A DNA stretch of 64,000 nt from Chiloscyllium plagiosum (GCF_004010195.1 NC_057754.1:2326228-2390227); one strand, 5' to 3'; shown: positions 25,985 to 38,610, numbered from the stretch's first letter. Numbers and translations are program-made. Notes: generated by a model from the sequence alone, not told the origin.

Positions 25985-26293
25985 GGATTAGATTAGATAC
26001 AGTGTGGAAACAGGCCCTTCGGCCCAACCAGTCCACACTGACCCTCCGAAGAGTAACCCACCCAGACCCATTTCCCTCTGACTAATGCACCTAACACTAT
26101 GGGCAATTTAGCATGGCCAATTCACCTGACCTGCACATCTTTGAACTGTGGGAGGAAACCGAAGCACCCGGAGGAAACCCACGCAGACACAGGGAGAATG
26201 TGCATACTCCACACAGACAGTTGCCTGAGGCTGGAATCGAACCTGGACCCTGGTGCTGTGAGGCAGCAGCGCTAACCACTGAGCCACCATGCC
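25985..26293 (-). mobile_element. HE1-type SINE
   Basis: Reverse complement of the HE1 consensus seen at 629-947 and 57905-58225. Confidence 0.9.
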
Positions 26294-26347
26294 TGGGTAA
26301 TGTTGTAGAACAGAGAGACCTAGAGGTTCAGGTATATAATTCTTCAT

Positions 26348-26688
26348 GGGTGGCACGGTGGCTCAGTGGTTATAACTGCTTCCTTACAGCGCCATGGACT
26401 TAGGTTCAATTCCACCCTTGGGCGGCTGTCCATGTGGAGTTTGCGCATTCTCCCCTTGTCTGTGTGGATTGCCTTTTGGTGCTCTGGTTTCCGCCCACAG
26501 TTCAAAGATGTGCAGGTTAGGTGATTGGCCGTGTTAAATTGCCCATAGTGTTCAGGGATGTGCAGGCTAGGTGGGTTAGGGTCGGGAGGTGGGACTGTGT
26601 GGGATGCTGTTCAGAGGGTCAGTGTGGACTCATTGGGTCAGATGGCTAGCTTCTACACTGTAGGGATTCTATGAATTTCTATGATTCT
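26348..26688 (+). mobile_element. HE1-type SINE (older subfamily)
   Basis: gggtggcacggtggctcagtgg A box, ggttcaattcc B box, ctatga tail. Confidence 0.85.
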
Positions 26689-26850
26689 ACATAGATAGCG
26701 TTGTTGAGGTGGCATTATTCATGCTTGCCTGCATTACTCACCTTTGTTTTTAGGGGTTGGAACGTTATGTTGAGATTGCACAGGATATCGGTGAGGCCTC
26801 TTCTGGAGTACTGTGTCCAATTCTGGTGGCTGTGCTACAGGAAGGATATT

Positions 26851-27010
26851 AAATGAAGGTCTTTTGCCCGAAATGTCGATTTTCTGATGAAGGGCTTTTG
26901 CCCGAAACGTTAATTTTCCTGCTCCTCGGATGCTGCCTGACCTGCTGTGCTTTTCCAGCACCACTCTAATCTTGACTCTAGCCTCCAGCATCTGCAGTAC
27001 CCAATTCTGC
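26851..27010 (+). mobile_element. PLE terminal repeat with tandem duplicated hammerhead, inserted in CR1
   Basis: TSD cta(c/t)aggaaggatatt at 26835-26850 and 27011-27026. Partial motif at 26853-26880, then CUGAUGA A GGGC-UUUU-GCCC GAAAC GUU at 26884-26911. Confidence 0.85.
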
Positions 27011-27509
27011 CTATAGGAAGGATATTGTTAATTTTGAAGATGGTTCAAAAGAGGTTAACCAGGATGTTGCTGGGAATAGAGGTTGAGTTATAAGGAGAGG
27101 CTGGATACGCAGGAACTTTTTTCACTGGAGTATAGGAGGTTGAGGGGTGACCTTATAGAGGTTTATATAATCATGAGGGGTATAGACTAGGTGAATGATG
27201 TGTCTTTTCCCAAGGATAGGGGATTTCAAGACTCAGAGGCATATTTTTAAGGTGAGAGGAGAATAATTTAAAGAAAGACACAGGCAGAATTTCTTTTTAA
27301 GCAAAGAGTGATTCATGTGTGGAATGAAACTTCTAGAAAAGGAAGGGGATGCGGGTACAGTTAAAATGTTTAAAAGACATTTGAGTAAGTACATAGAATA
27401 AGAAAAGTTTGGAGGGATATGGGCCAGGCGCAGGCAGGTGGGACTAGTTTAGTTTGGGATTATGGTCAGCGTGGACGGGTTGGACCAAAGGGTATGCTGT
27501 ATGACTCTA

Positions 27510-27695
27510 TAACTGCTCTTCTTCAAAATAGTGGGGTGGGATCTTTGTCACCCATCCAAATGTCGGTGCCTATGGCAGTGCAGCACTCCCTCCATGCTGC
27601 ATTAGAAGTGTCATTCTGCAAGGTACACTTCAGTCAGTTTGTGACTTGAACCCACCAGTTTCTTGACTCAGAAATGAGGCTGTCACTAACCAAGG
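27510..27695 (-). mobile_element. Deu-domain SINE relic
   Basis: ctgctcttcttcaaaatagtg...gggatcttt...gcagtgcagcactccctc...gacttgaacccac. Confidence 0.55.
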
Positions 27696-28574
27696 CCCAA
27701 GTGAAACCCCTAAACTGGAACAGCAGAAAGATTCTCAGTTCTGGTAACAAACTGGAGATCCCGAGAATGAAGCAGCATCTACGCAGATGTTGGTAGAAGA
27801 GCAGATTGAGCTCAGCCAGGATGCTCTCTTATTGAATAACCTGTCAGCATTCACTGTGTAACCACACAGGTGGAGAATGCTGACTGGAGGCTGAGATACT
27901 GGGCTTGTGAAACTGCACCCCACCATGAGAAAAAAGCAAGGCAGCTGGAAAAGTTCTTTTCTAAAACTGGAAGCACTAATATATTTTCCAGAACAGGTTT
28001 TACATATGGAAAATTGACTCTGATATCCTGCCAGTGTGTGACATGTGAAGCATGAGCACAATGGCCTTTGTATTTAACAGTTATAATTACCATTGAAATT
28101 CAATATGTCTATAATTACAACTGAATTTCTGTAAATGGCAATTATACATTAGAGGAACACAATGTCCACCAATTTTCACCCATCAATTTTAACAGTAATA
28201 AAATCTGACAACCGCCAAGCTGAAGCATATCATAAGTCTCCTTCACTGTAAAACACTGACAGCAATATGAGGCAGTTTAGTTTGCAGCAACTAATAAAAC
28301 TCTCAGAGGCATGGCAATGTGGTTTAATTACCTCTGGCATTACTGCAGCAAATAAAGATTGCGGGCGGAACGGAAATTAAGCACAGTAAAGATAGTCATG
28401 TTGCAGAATTTATTTCACTGGATGCGTTTCCAAAGTGTGTTCCTCAAGGTGAGGAGTGACATGCAGTTACCCATGTTATACTTGTGTTCCAGTGCTACTT
28501 TCCTCCCCACAGTTGCCTTGAAACCTACCTTTTTCTGTCACTAAATCAAATAGAGTTGATGACAATGTGACACA

Positions 28575-28770
28575 CTCCCCATTCATGCATAACATCAGTA
28601 TTGATTAGATCAAAGTAAATCTGCCTCTGCACTGCTCCCTCAACCACCTGCAGAGTAGATAAAGCATTGATTAGGTACAATGCAAAGCTCTCTCTACACT
28701 GTGCCCATCAAACACTCCCCGGAGAGGGATAGCACAGGGTTAGATACAGATTAAAGCACCCTCTACACTT
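28575..28770. repeat. Degenerate ~70-bp tandem repeat
   Basis: About 3 units of ttagatacagagtaaagctccctctacactgtgcccatcaaacactccc. Confidence 0.65.
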
Positions 28771-29439
28771 CAGGATATCAACTAAATTGATCTGAGCAAT
28801 CTATCTAGTAGTTCAGTTTCACATCCACAGCTCAGTGTGATAAAGGTCAAAGGAAGGTTACACCTGCGATCCTGGGTCAATACTGCATTCTACATTCATT
28901 CTGCATTCATCTATACTGGTCTGAAGCTGGGTGTGGCGAGCATTGCTGCAATAATGGGATTCCTGAGCCAAAAGTGAAAAATGTCTCTTGCCCACTGGTC
29001 GGCAGTTAAAAACTAAACATATAATTAGGACAGACTATGATAGCAGGCAAAAAGTAACATATTCTGGGGAGAGAGAAAGAGAATTGGTAAAAATAGATAA
29101 AACTATTGAAAACAGAGGAAGCAGAGAGTAATGGTATGATCTGAGGTGTGTGATTTATATTTATGTATGTCATTTAATTTGGTATTTTGAACTTTGAACT
29201 TTGAATGCTATAGGTATTTTCCATGTATCTGAAGGGGTTTAATAATTAACTTGAAGGTATTTCTGTAGCCATGGTGAATCTTTGAAAAAGCAGCCTGAGA
29301 GAGAGAGTTTGTGGAGGCTAATATGAATCTTTTTACATTGGGAGGTATTTATAACACATTAAATCATTGTACATTAGTTTGTTAGTTTTAGAAGGTCATG
29401 GATTTTTTTCCCCCCTTTTGTTAAGGGGAAACACCCATA

Positions 29440-30335
29440 GCTTAGAAGTGCTGCAGTTGGAATAGTGGATAGGCAGCAGATGACATTTAATCTGGAGATG
29501 TGTGAGATGTTATATTTTTGTGGGAAGATCATGGAGACAAAGTCTAAACTAAAGGCTGCTTACTCTATTGCAGTATTAGCACTATGTGTAGTTGTGCATT
29601 AACCATTAAAAGTTGCACGACAGCTTAAAATAGCAGTTAATAAATCAGTATCCTGTGCTTTATTAGGGACACAGAGCACAAGAACATGTTGAATCTAACT
29701 GTTAATATAAAATACACTATTCCAGCCTTAGCTGGAATATTGTTTAAAGTTCTGGGTGCCACATTATAGAAAGGATGTGAACATATTGGAGAGAGAGCAG
29801 GAGAGGTTTATAAGAATGGTTCTAGGAATGAGAAACTTCAGTTATGAAGTTAAAAATCACACAACACCAGTTTATAGTCCAACAGGTTTAATCCAGTCCA
29901 GTCCAACACTGGCACCTCCAAACTTCAGTTCTGAAAACAGATTGGCAAGGTTGGGTCTCATCCGAAGAGAATGCTGAGAGGAGATCAGATAACAAAATTC
30001 AAAATCATGTGGAGGCTAGACAGCAGAAATAGGGAGAAAATGTTCTCATTCCTGATCCTTTCAGGAATGGGAGGCATGGACTAAAAGTAATTCATAAAAT
30101 AAGCAAAAGTTACGTGAGGAAAATCTTTTCACGCGGCAAATGATTCAGGTCTGGAATGCACCCTGTAGTGAAAAATTTTGGTGGAGGCAAATTCAATTGA
30201 GAAAGTTGAAAGAGAATTAGATTTGAAAAGGAAGAACGTGCAGGGCTACTGGAAGAAAGTGGAGAGTGGCACTTGGTGAATTGTTCAATTGAAGAGGCAA
30301 TGCAGACAGAATGGGCAGAATGGCCTCCTGTGTTG
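29440..30335 (+). mobile_element. Old CR1 LINE 3' fragment
   Basis: QP.LEYCLKFWVPHYRKDVNILEREQERFIRMV...; contains a PLE mini-insert. Confidence 0.75.
29849..29919. mobile_element. 71-bp minimal PLE fold-back remnant (inverted arm start plus tail only)
   Basis: TSD aaacttcagtt(a/c)tgaa at 29833-29848 and 29920-29935. Confidence 0.8.
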
Positions 30336-31604
30336 GAAGAACTCAGCAGCGCTTTAATTCTATTAATCTGAGAGTTACATGCAGCACAGAAACAAGTGTT
30401 CGGTCCAGCATTTCACACAAAGCTCCTTAACAATCTTCTCCATCTCACCCAATCAGCATTTCCTTCTGTCCTTTCCTTCCCTCATGTGTTTACCCAGCTT
30501 CCCGAACACCTTTGCTATTTGTCTCGATCATTCATTGTGGTAGCGAGTTCCACATGCTTCCCCCACTCTCTGGGGAATGCTTCTCTTGAATTCCTGATTG
30601 AATTTATTAGTGGCTAGCTATCATATTCACGTAGTTTTGAAGTCGAGTGGAACCAGCCCCCCCCCTGCATTCAATGCTCCTGAATGCAATCTCCTTCATA
30701 AAGCAGTGTCTGGCGTGGCCCACATCTCATTAAAGGTCGAGTCCGACCCAGCCAAAACCTTGGCACAGCTGAAATATCTAATGTTTCATTTGAGACAAAG
30801 GCGCATTAGTGAGCAAATCCTACACCCCCTCAGCACAGTGGCTGAGGTATTAATGGCTGCTGCGAGTTGGCTGGTGCACTCACATTACATTTCATTCCTC
30901 ATATTGCAGACAGCTGCGAAATGTCAGGCATCATGCTGGAGTTTGAGGTGATCTTTGGGTAGGATTAACATTGTGTACTGAACAACTGGCATAGGAAGCT
31001 GCTCTCTTCCTTTACTTCATTTGATTTGCAGCAAATGAAATGGAAGATTAAAAACAACTTGAAAAAGAATATCTTTTCTCATTAAGACTCTTTATTTTTC
31101 TCTTGCTTAATTCCTTCCCCCACATTTATCCGGTTATTTTCTACTTTAGGCACTGGTCAATCATTTGACACGCAATCTCTCCATTCCAATTATGTTATAT
31201 TCTGTACAGCAAAACGAATTGTACATATTGCCCCAAAATATTACCCTATTAATTTTGCACAGAATTCAATCTGGCCACATTTCTGTTATTCTTGCCTAAC
31301 CACAAAAGCACGTCGGTTCTTCCGTCCTAAAGATACGATTTAATGATAATTCCTTAAATCAGGCTTCTCAAAGTGCCGGTCCGCAGGCCAGAGTTTTGGG
31401 ATTGTGAGTTTGGAGGTTATTGTGGAGCTCTGACCGAGCGAGCAGCTGGGAGAAGATGACTTTAAATCGTTGCTTTTCTTTCCAACTGTGCACTAATTCG
31501 ACCTCAAGTTCTGCTCCTTCAGAAGTAAAAAGAACAGACCTTAAAAAGCCATGAAATTTCCTCACAACCCTTTCTGTTCCACATCCTGTGTGTTCACAGG
31601 ATAC

Positions 31605-32290
31605 CCCTGTTGTGAAACTTGGAAGGGTTCAGAAAAGATTTACCAGGATGTTGCTGGAGTTGAAGGGTTTGAACTATAGGGAGAAGCTGAATAGGCTGGG
31701 GCTATTTTCCTTGGAGTATCATAAGCTGAGGGGTGATCCTATGGAAGTTTGTAAAATTAGGAGGGGCATTGATAGGGCGGCTAACCAAGGACTTTACCGA
31801 GGAAAGGCTCAGCAGGTCTTGCAGCATCCATGAAGAGAAGTCAGAATTAATGATTTGGGTCTGAGGAAGGGTCACTTGACCTGAAACGTTAACTCTGATT
31901 TCTCTTCACAGATGCTGCCAGACCTGCTGAGCCTTTCCAGCAACTTCTGTTTTTGTTTCTGATTTACAGCATCCGCAGTTGTTTCCGTCTTTTCCCTAGG
32001 GCAGGGGAGTCCTAGAGGGCATAGAGGGCCAAGATTTAAAAGAGATCTAAGTGACAATGTTTTCACACAGAGGGTGGTGTGTGTATAGAATGAGCTGCCA
32101 GGCAAATTGGTGGAGGCTGGTACAATTACAACATTTAAAAGGCATCCGGATGGGTAGATGAATAGGAAGGGTTTAGAGGGATATGGACTAAATGCTGGCA
32201 AATGGAACTAGATTAATTTAGGATATCTGGTCAGCATGAAGGAGTTGGACCAAAGGCTCTGTTTCTGTGTTATACACCTCTATGACTCTA
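31605..32290 (+). mobile_element. CR1 LINE 3' fragment
   Basis: VVKLGRVQKRFTRML.ELKGLNYREKLNRLGLFSLE...; ctctatgactcta tail. Confidence 0.9.
31800..31987. mobile_element. PLE-derived asymmetric fold-back nested in CR1
   Basis: 31801-31860 is the reverse complement of ~31878-31938. The right arm starts at a hammerhead CUGAGGA AGGGUCA-CU-UGACCU GAAAC GUU (31861-31890). Confidence 0.8.
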
Positions 32291-33139
32291 CCCAACTCCT
32301 TCAGGCTAGGTGTGAAACTAGAGGCCTGTGGGAGAGAACCTGATAAATATACCTCCTTGACAAAAGTCTGGGTGAGTTACCCTAATATCTCCTATGAGGC
32401 TTCCCATCAGTTTTAATCTGGTTAACCTGCTGCAAAGTACCTTAGTATGTTTTATGATGTTAATGATGCTGTAAAGACGCAAACTGTTGTTGTCAACAAA
32501 CCAAATGAGCTGACAAATAAAGCTATCTGTATGAAAGAAGATAATTCAATATGTTTATGTCTAGCAGGGTGTTGAGATTACTCAGAACTCTCAGATATTG
32601 TGTCCCCCCACCCCCACTTCTCTGTTTATTGCCCATCCTTTGAACTGAGTGTCTCACTCAGCCATTTCAGAGGCAGTTAAGAGTTATCTACAGTGCTGTG
32701 GGTTTGCAGTCGTATGTAGGTCAGACCAAGTAAGGATGGTAGAGTTCCTTCCCTAAAGGACATTAGTGAACCATTTATAATAGTTTCATGGCCACCATCA
32801 CTGAGACTAAATTTATTTTCCACATTTTAATTATTTATTCATTGAATTTAAATTCCACCAGATTCGTGATGGAATTTGAATCCATATCCCCCAAAACATT
32901 CATCTGGACCTTTGGATTACAAGTCAAGTGATATTTAATTCCTTAACACAAGTAAAGATATTCCTTGAACCACACTCCCTCTAATGCTTTGAAGCTTGAG
33001 TTTCTCTGAGCCTTTCTCACAGCTTGCCCTCTAGTAGACTGGTTGGTCTTCTCTGCATTTTTTAAAAAATTTAACATTTATTTTTAATCAACCTGTTCAG
33101 AGATGTTATTCCACACCTCTGGAGCAGGTGGGACTGGAG

Positions 33140-33270
33140 CACCCAGTGGAAACCTATGCCAACACAGGAAGAATATGCAAACTCAACATGGACAATCACC
33201 CAAGGGTGGAATCAAACCCTGGTCCCTGACACTGTGAGGCAGCAGTGCTAACCACCGAGCCACCATGCTT
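33140..33270 (-). mobile_element. HE1-type SINE 5' half
   Basis: cacccagtggaaacc...gaggcagcagtgctaaccaccgagccaccatgc. Confidence 0.75.
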
Positions 33271-33306
33271 CTCCATCTGCCTTTAGGATGTGGCAGTCAT
33301 GGTAAG

Positions 33307-33529
33307 TGTGGTGATTATAACAAGGTCAGCCCGGTGGACATAATAGAATATGAGTTCCCTGATTAGGGTTCAATCAGGGAGCCCTGGCTAACAGATAAAA
33401 AGAGGCATGTCAGACATTCTGACATGCTGAGAGCTGGCTCTGAGGGAGCTGGACCAGTGTCAAGGACTCTCCACGTGTACATAAAGGGTGACTTGATGAC
33501 TGGATACAGGCCTCTGTGGAGTTATTTCA
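33307..33529 (+). mobile_element. Possible solo LTR
   Basis: TG...CA ends, TATA-like gataaaaag, polyA-like cataaa ~45 nt before the end; no clean TSD. Confidence 0.4.
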
Positions 33530-34129
33530 ATCAGAACTCTCAGGAGGACATAGGCAAGTTCGCAGACAGGGCAAAAACGTCTGGCAGATGAAATTCAGTG
33601 AAACCAAAAATCTGGCAAGAGAAAGCTAGCCAAATGTAACCACCTGCAAATTGCCATAAAGACCCACCTGGTTCACTAATATTCTTTAGTGAAGGAAATC
33701 TGCCATCCTTACCTGTCTACTGTGTGTGTGACTTCAGATCCTGTTGGCAATGTGCTTGTCTCTTTAGTGCTATCTGGAAATTTAAGGATGGGCAATAAGT
33801 GCTGACCCAGACTATGAATGAATGAAACAAAAGTGATGTGATTCATTTTGGGGAGGAATAATGTGTAGGGGTAGCATTAAATCAAAGATGCAACTCTAAT
33901 AGGGTGTCAGAGCAGAGGGATCTGGGAATGTGCAGTATAAACCAGTGAAAGTGACAGTACAAGGTTGAGAAAGCTATTGGTAAATTGTACGGAATCCTGG
34001 GCTTTTGAAAGAAACATTGATACAATAAACTGCATTTCAGGAAGGATGTGAAGACCTTACTGCAGATGAGATTTACAAGACTGGCTGGAGGGAGGAGGGA
34101 GTTCAGTTACTTAGGGAGATTGGAGAAAC

Positions 34130-34300
34130 CGGAAATCAAAAACAGAAATTGCTGGAAATGCTCAGCCGATCTGGCAGCATCTGTGGAGAGAAATCAGAGT
34201 TAATGTTTCTGGTTCAAAAGTTGCTGACAGACCTGCTGAGCTTTTCCAGCAGTTTCTGTTTTTGTTTCTGATTTACAGTATCCATAGTCCTTTTGGTTTT
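34130..34300. mobile_element. PLE-derived fold-back in an old CR1
   Basis: aaacagaaattgctggaaatgctcagc... is inverted to ...gctgagcttttccagcagtttctgttt. Confidence 0.75.
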
Positions 34301-35024
34301 TATTGGGGTTGTTCGCTTGGGAAGGAGAAGGTTCAGAGGAAATTTGGTCTGGATAGTGTAGACAGGGAGAAAGTGTTTCCACTCTGGGGAGGATCCAGAA
34401 TGAGAGGACAGAAATCAGTCAATTGGCAAAAGTAGCAATGGAAATATGCAGATAAACTTTCTTCACAGAGTGAGTGATTTCGGTGCGGATTGTACTGTCT
34501 GAGCATCTCAGGTTCCTTTGAGGCTGTAACAAGGGAGTAAGACAAACGTGCAGGGTCACGGAGAGAAGGCGAGAGAATGGAATGAGGCGAATTGCTCATT
34601 CAGAGAGCCAGGGCAGACATGCTGGGCCGAATGGCCTCCTGAACTGTCACCAATCTGTAAGGTGATTGGCAAAAGATGCACTGGTGACATGAAGGGTACC
34701 CTTTGTACACAGTGCAGGGTAGAGATGGGCTGCCTGAGAACATGGTCAAGGCAGATTGTAACTGGGAATTTCAAAAGAGGATTAAAAACTTATCTGAAGA
34801 GACGTGACTTGTAGGGCTACAGGGAAAGGGGAATGAGACTATCTGAGTTCCTCTTGCAGGGAGTTGGAACAGATGTAAAGGGCTGAATAGCCTTGTTACT
34901 ATGCAGTAATCATCCTTTAGTTGTGTGAATGTGGATCACGGAGTGGCATCTTTAAAATGAAGAAACTTGAATGTTCCCAAGATGAGGAAGCTGAGATTGA
35001 CACCATCCAACCTGGAAAGCATTG

Positions 35025-35710
35025 GAGATACATCCAGGGCCCCAAACAATTCGCCCTGGTGAGACAGAGGTTCACCTGCCTCTCCTCCAACCTAGTTTAC
35101 TGTATCCGGTGCTCCCGATGTGGTCTGCTCTAGATTGGGAGATCAAATGTAAACTCAGGGCACATTTCGCTGAGCATCTAAGCCGGGCCTGCAAGGGCTG
35201 ACCTGATCTCCCAGGCACTGCCCAATTTAATTCCCCTTCCCACTCCCTTTCCAACATGACCATCCTCGACCTCCTCCATTGCCATGATGAATCAGATTGC
35301 AAATTGGAGAAACAGCACCTCATCTTCTGCCTGCGCAGCCTACAATCTGGAGGAGTCAATACTGAGTTCTCTAATTTCAAATTCCCTCCCTTCCCATTCC
35401 CCAACTCCCTTCCCAGCCCCAACCCCTCCCTTCCATCCCTCTGATCAACCCTTCCTTCCAGCTATCACCAGATTCATTCCTCCCATCGACCAACCAGGCC
35501 GTACCCTCTATCCATGTTCACCTAACCCCACTTCACCACCCTGTCCCTCTCCCCACCCAAAACCCTCCCTCAACACCCCCCCTGCCCTTTATCTGCAGCT
35601 CCCCCAAGACCCACCCCCAGTCCTGAAGAAGGGTTACACCTGAAACATTGACTTCACCTCCTGATGCTGCCTGGCTTGCTGTGTTCCTCCAGCCTCCTGC
35701 TTGTCTATTG
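35025..35710 (+). mobile_element. Penelope-like element 3' fragment (GIY-YIG plus terminal repeat)
   Basis: IQGPKQFALVRQRFTCLSSNLVYCIRCSRCGLL*IGEIK.KLRAHFAEHL...KLEKQHLIFCLRSLQ.GGVN.EFSNF; hammerhead at 35619-35653. Confidence 0.88.
35619..35653 (+). ncRNA. Hammerhead ribozyme motif (decayed)
   Basis: AGUC CUGAAGA A GGGU-UAC-ACCU GAAAC AUU GACU (stem I AGUC/GACU). Confidence 0.65.
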
Positions 35711-36015
35711 GGTGATTACGAGGCAGCAGTAACTCTCTGGTGACTCAAAATACCTATCTCCCCAACTATGAATTGCAGGTGATATTGCAAAATCGCCTGC
35801 ATTAATGTAATGCTTACAATGTTGTTCCAAGGCTTTTTACAGGAGCTTTATCAGAGGTAAATCTGCACCAAAATGGAAGGAGATGCTAAGAGACAAGCTA
35901 AGATGCTTTATTGTTTAGTTTCCAGACAAAGGAGGGAAAGATGACATGTAGGGGGAGTACAGAATTTAGGCCCTAGCCAGTCACCAATGGGTGAACAAAG
36001 GATTATATTACACTT

Positions 36016-36312
36016 CAGCACGGTGGCTCAGTGGTTAGCACTGTTGCCTTTCAGCCTGTCTGTGTGTAATGTTTGCACATTCTCCCTCTGTCTGTGTGGG
36101 TTTCCTCCAGGTGCTCCGGTTTCCTCCCACAATCCAAAGATGTGCAAGTCAGGTGAATTGGCCATGCTAAATTGCCCATAGTGTTAGGTGCGTTAGTCAG
36201 GGGTAAATAAAGGTAGGGGAATTTGTTTGGGTGGGTTTCTCTTCGGAGGGGCGGTGTGGACTTGTTGGGCCGAAGGGCCTGTTTCCACACTGTAGAGAAT
36301 CTAATCTAAAAA
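36016..36312 (+). mobile_element. HE1-type SINE (B-box region deleted)
   Basis: cagcacggtggctcagtggttagcactg...ggcctgtttccacactgtagagaatctaatct. Confidence 0.88.
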
Positions 36313-37409
36313 AAAGACTTTTGCTCTTCTGATCCATATTCATAAAGAAGTTGATTAAAGGCAGCAAGCCTTCATTCGGCTCCGAAACACATAACCGTTC
36401 TCAGACAGAAAACACCATGGTTCAGTTTGTCAGGATTGAAAAGAGCCTGAGTCCCATTGGTAACATTGCTCTGTGGTATGCAGGCCCTTCAATACTGAAA
36501 CAGCGGTGCCCCACAGAGTTATTTTACAAACAGACACCATCGTCTTAAACTACTGCTGAGAGACACAGAGCCCCGTCTAATTGCCATATTGTTTGCTGAG
36601 GTTATCTCTGTGGCTGCTGCCTGAGACTGGTGCTTCGTTCATCTATTGCATTGCTGCAGGTCACTGCACACAGCAAGTGCTTGTGTCAGACAAACAGGCA
36701 CAGCGTGCAAATTAGATTGTAATGCACCTTGGTATACACTGAAAGCAATAATTTTTTCCATCTCTTTATTTTCCTCTTTCGTTTTTGTTCTTGCCCAGTT
36801 CTGCCCCTGCCCCCTCCCTGCCAGCCATTCTCTTCTGTACACAGCGACACACGTTGGGCAAAGTTCCACCAGCTAACTTTCGTTTTGAGCGTCAACACAA
36901 TGTTCCAGCACATGCACCATCACAACTCAGCCATATCCTGTATGTGATGGAGATTTCAGCACAGAAATCGAGGCAGACATTCATGATATCGTCACTGAAG
37001 GAGCCGGGCCCTAAGAATTCTTTCACAAGCAGACAGCACCATCTTAACAAGGTCATGGTGAACCTTTTTGAGACACTTGTTCGACCTCAGTTGGAGTAAT
37101 GTGAACAATTCTGAATCCACAGCAAAGGAAAGATATGAACGTACATGAGAGTGCAGGAGAGATGTACAAAAATGGTTCCAGGCATGAGGAGAGATTGGAG
37201 AAGTTGGGAAAGATAGATAGAAATATATTGTTACTTGTATTTGTGAACATAAAGTTAATTTGTATCAGTCACCATAAAAACAGCGGCATTTAATTATATA
37301 ACATTTAAAAATTATATATAAAATGAGACCAAGTTGAGACAAATGTCATTCCACGACCTCTTGGTTTCACAAACCAGCTACTGCCAAAGAGTAGGTCATG
37401 TCCAAAAGC

Positions 37410-37585
37410 CATGGACTGGGGACCTCTTGAAACTGCCAAAAAGTGAGGGCCTGACAAATTCACCAAGGACCGGGCCCTGTCTAAACCGCTGAGGACCAGG
37501 TTTTGTCGAAACTGCCGAGGACTGGGGCCTGTTGAAACTGTAGAGGACAGGGGCCCTCCAAAACTGCCAAGGACCCAGGGCTGTC
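37410..37585. repeat. ~26-27 bp GC-rich minisatellite
   Basis: About 6 units of ggactggggcctgttgaaactgccga variants. Confidence 0.75.
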
Positions 37586-37779
37586 CAATGGAAATTGATG
37601 CAACCCAGCTGCAGAAAGAACAAAAGATGAATTTGGTACGAAAGGTGAAATTTAGAAATAATAATAATAAGTAACAATTTTAAAAGGGTGCAGCCGGTAA
37701 ACTGAAAGGGAGTGGATGAACCAGGAGCCCAAACACTACCTAACTCGCCATCTCTGCCACCTTGCTCACCCAAAACAAG

Positions 37780-38050
37780 GTAAGTGAAGATCTGATGGAA
37801 GTTTTCAAGCACGTGAGAGGTCTGGATAGAGTATATTGGGAGAAACTGTTCCCTCACATAAAAGGATCAAGAATGAGAGGTCAGAGATTTAAAGTGACTT
37901 GCAAACTTTACAAATTTGACGTGAGGAAAAGAAATTTTGCCCCACAAATGGTTCAGCTCTGGAATGCACTGACTGGAAGTGTGGGGAGACAGAGTCATTT
38001 CAAGAGGGCAATGGATGAATATTTGAATAGAACTAACTGTAAGGGTATGA
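37780..38050 (+). mobile_element. CR1 LINE 3' fragment
   Basis: EDLMEVFKHVRGLDRV.WEKLFP...RMRGQRFKV...WNAL. Confidence 0.75.
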
Positions 38051-38344
38051 TGTTCATTGGGGAGCCAGTGCCCACACAATAACCTCCTGGTGATATTTGC
38101 TGTGAGAGAAGCTCTCTGTGCCCCTGGCCTCTCCTGGCCCACAGCTGAGCACTTACCAAAAAGGACCGGGAAGTTATAATTTATTTTTCTGTCTTTCTAT
38201 ACTATGTTTTAGTTTATGCATTTTGAGACGTCAGTGGAGATTGGCGACACTATACAACACTTTTCACTGTATTTTGTAACAAAAATACATGTGACAGTAA
38301 ATAAATCAGATCAAATCTATAAGCTTTGTAACACTGACATGATT

Positions 38345-38610
38345 CTGAACACTGTCAGAAGTGCTGTCTTCCTGATCAGACTGAAAATCCAGCTTCCATC
38401 TGCTCTCACTCATGACGAGAAAGATTCCCTGGCCACTATTGGATGAAAAGCAGGGACAGTTGTCCTGGGGTAATATTTATCCCTCACCCAATGTCAGGGT
38501 CATTACCTGAGTGCTGTGCATGGGAGCTTCCTGATTCAAAGTTGGCTGCTGTGTTTCCTACACGATGACACTGTAAAATATAACTAAATGTACAGCACTT
38601 TGGAAAGGCA
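38345..38610 (+). mobile_element. Deu-domain SINE relic
   Basis: cactgtcagaagtgctgtctt...aaagattccctggccactatt...aatatttatccctca...ttggctgctgtgtttcctaca...gcactttgg. Confidence 0.65.

Larger units (their letters stand above)
25960..27510 (+). mobile_element. CR1 LINE 3' portion interrupted by two SINEs and a PLE
   Basis: caggacttataca...gagacctagaggttcagg...gtgaggcctcttctggagtactgtgtcc...tgtatgactctataact tail. Confidence 0.8.

Noticed and set aside
27735..28093. Overlapping ORFs as possible additional host exons
   Set aside because: No macrodomain or FLRT-like motifs and no convincing splice pair.
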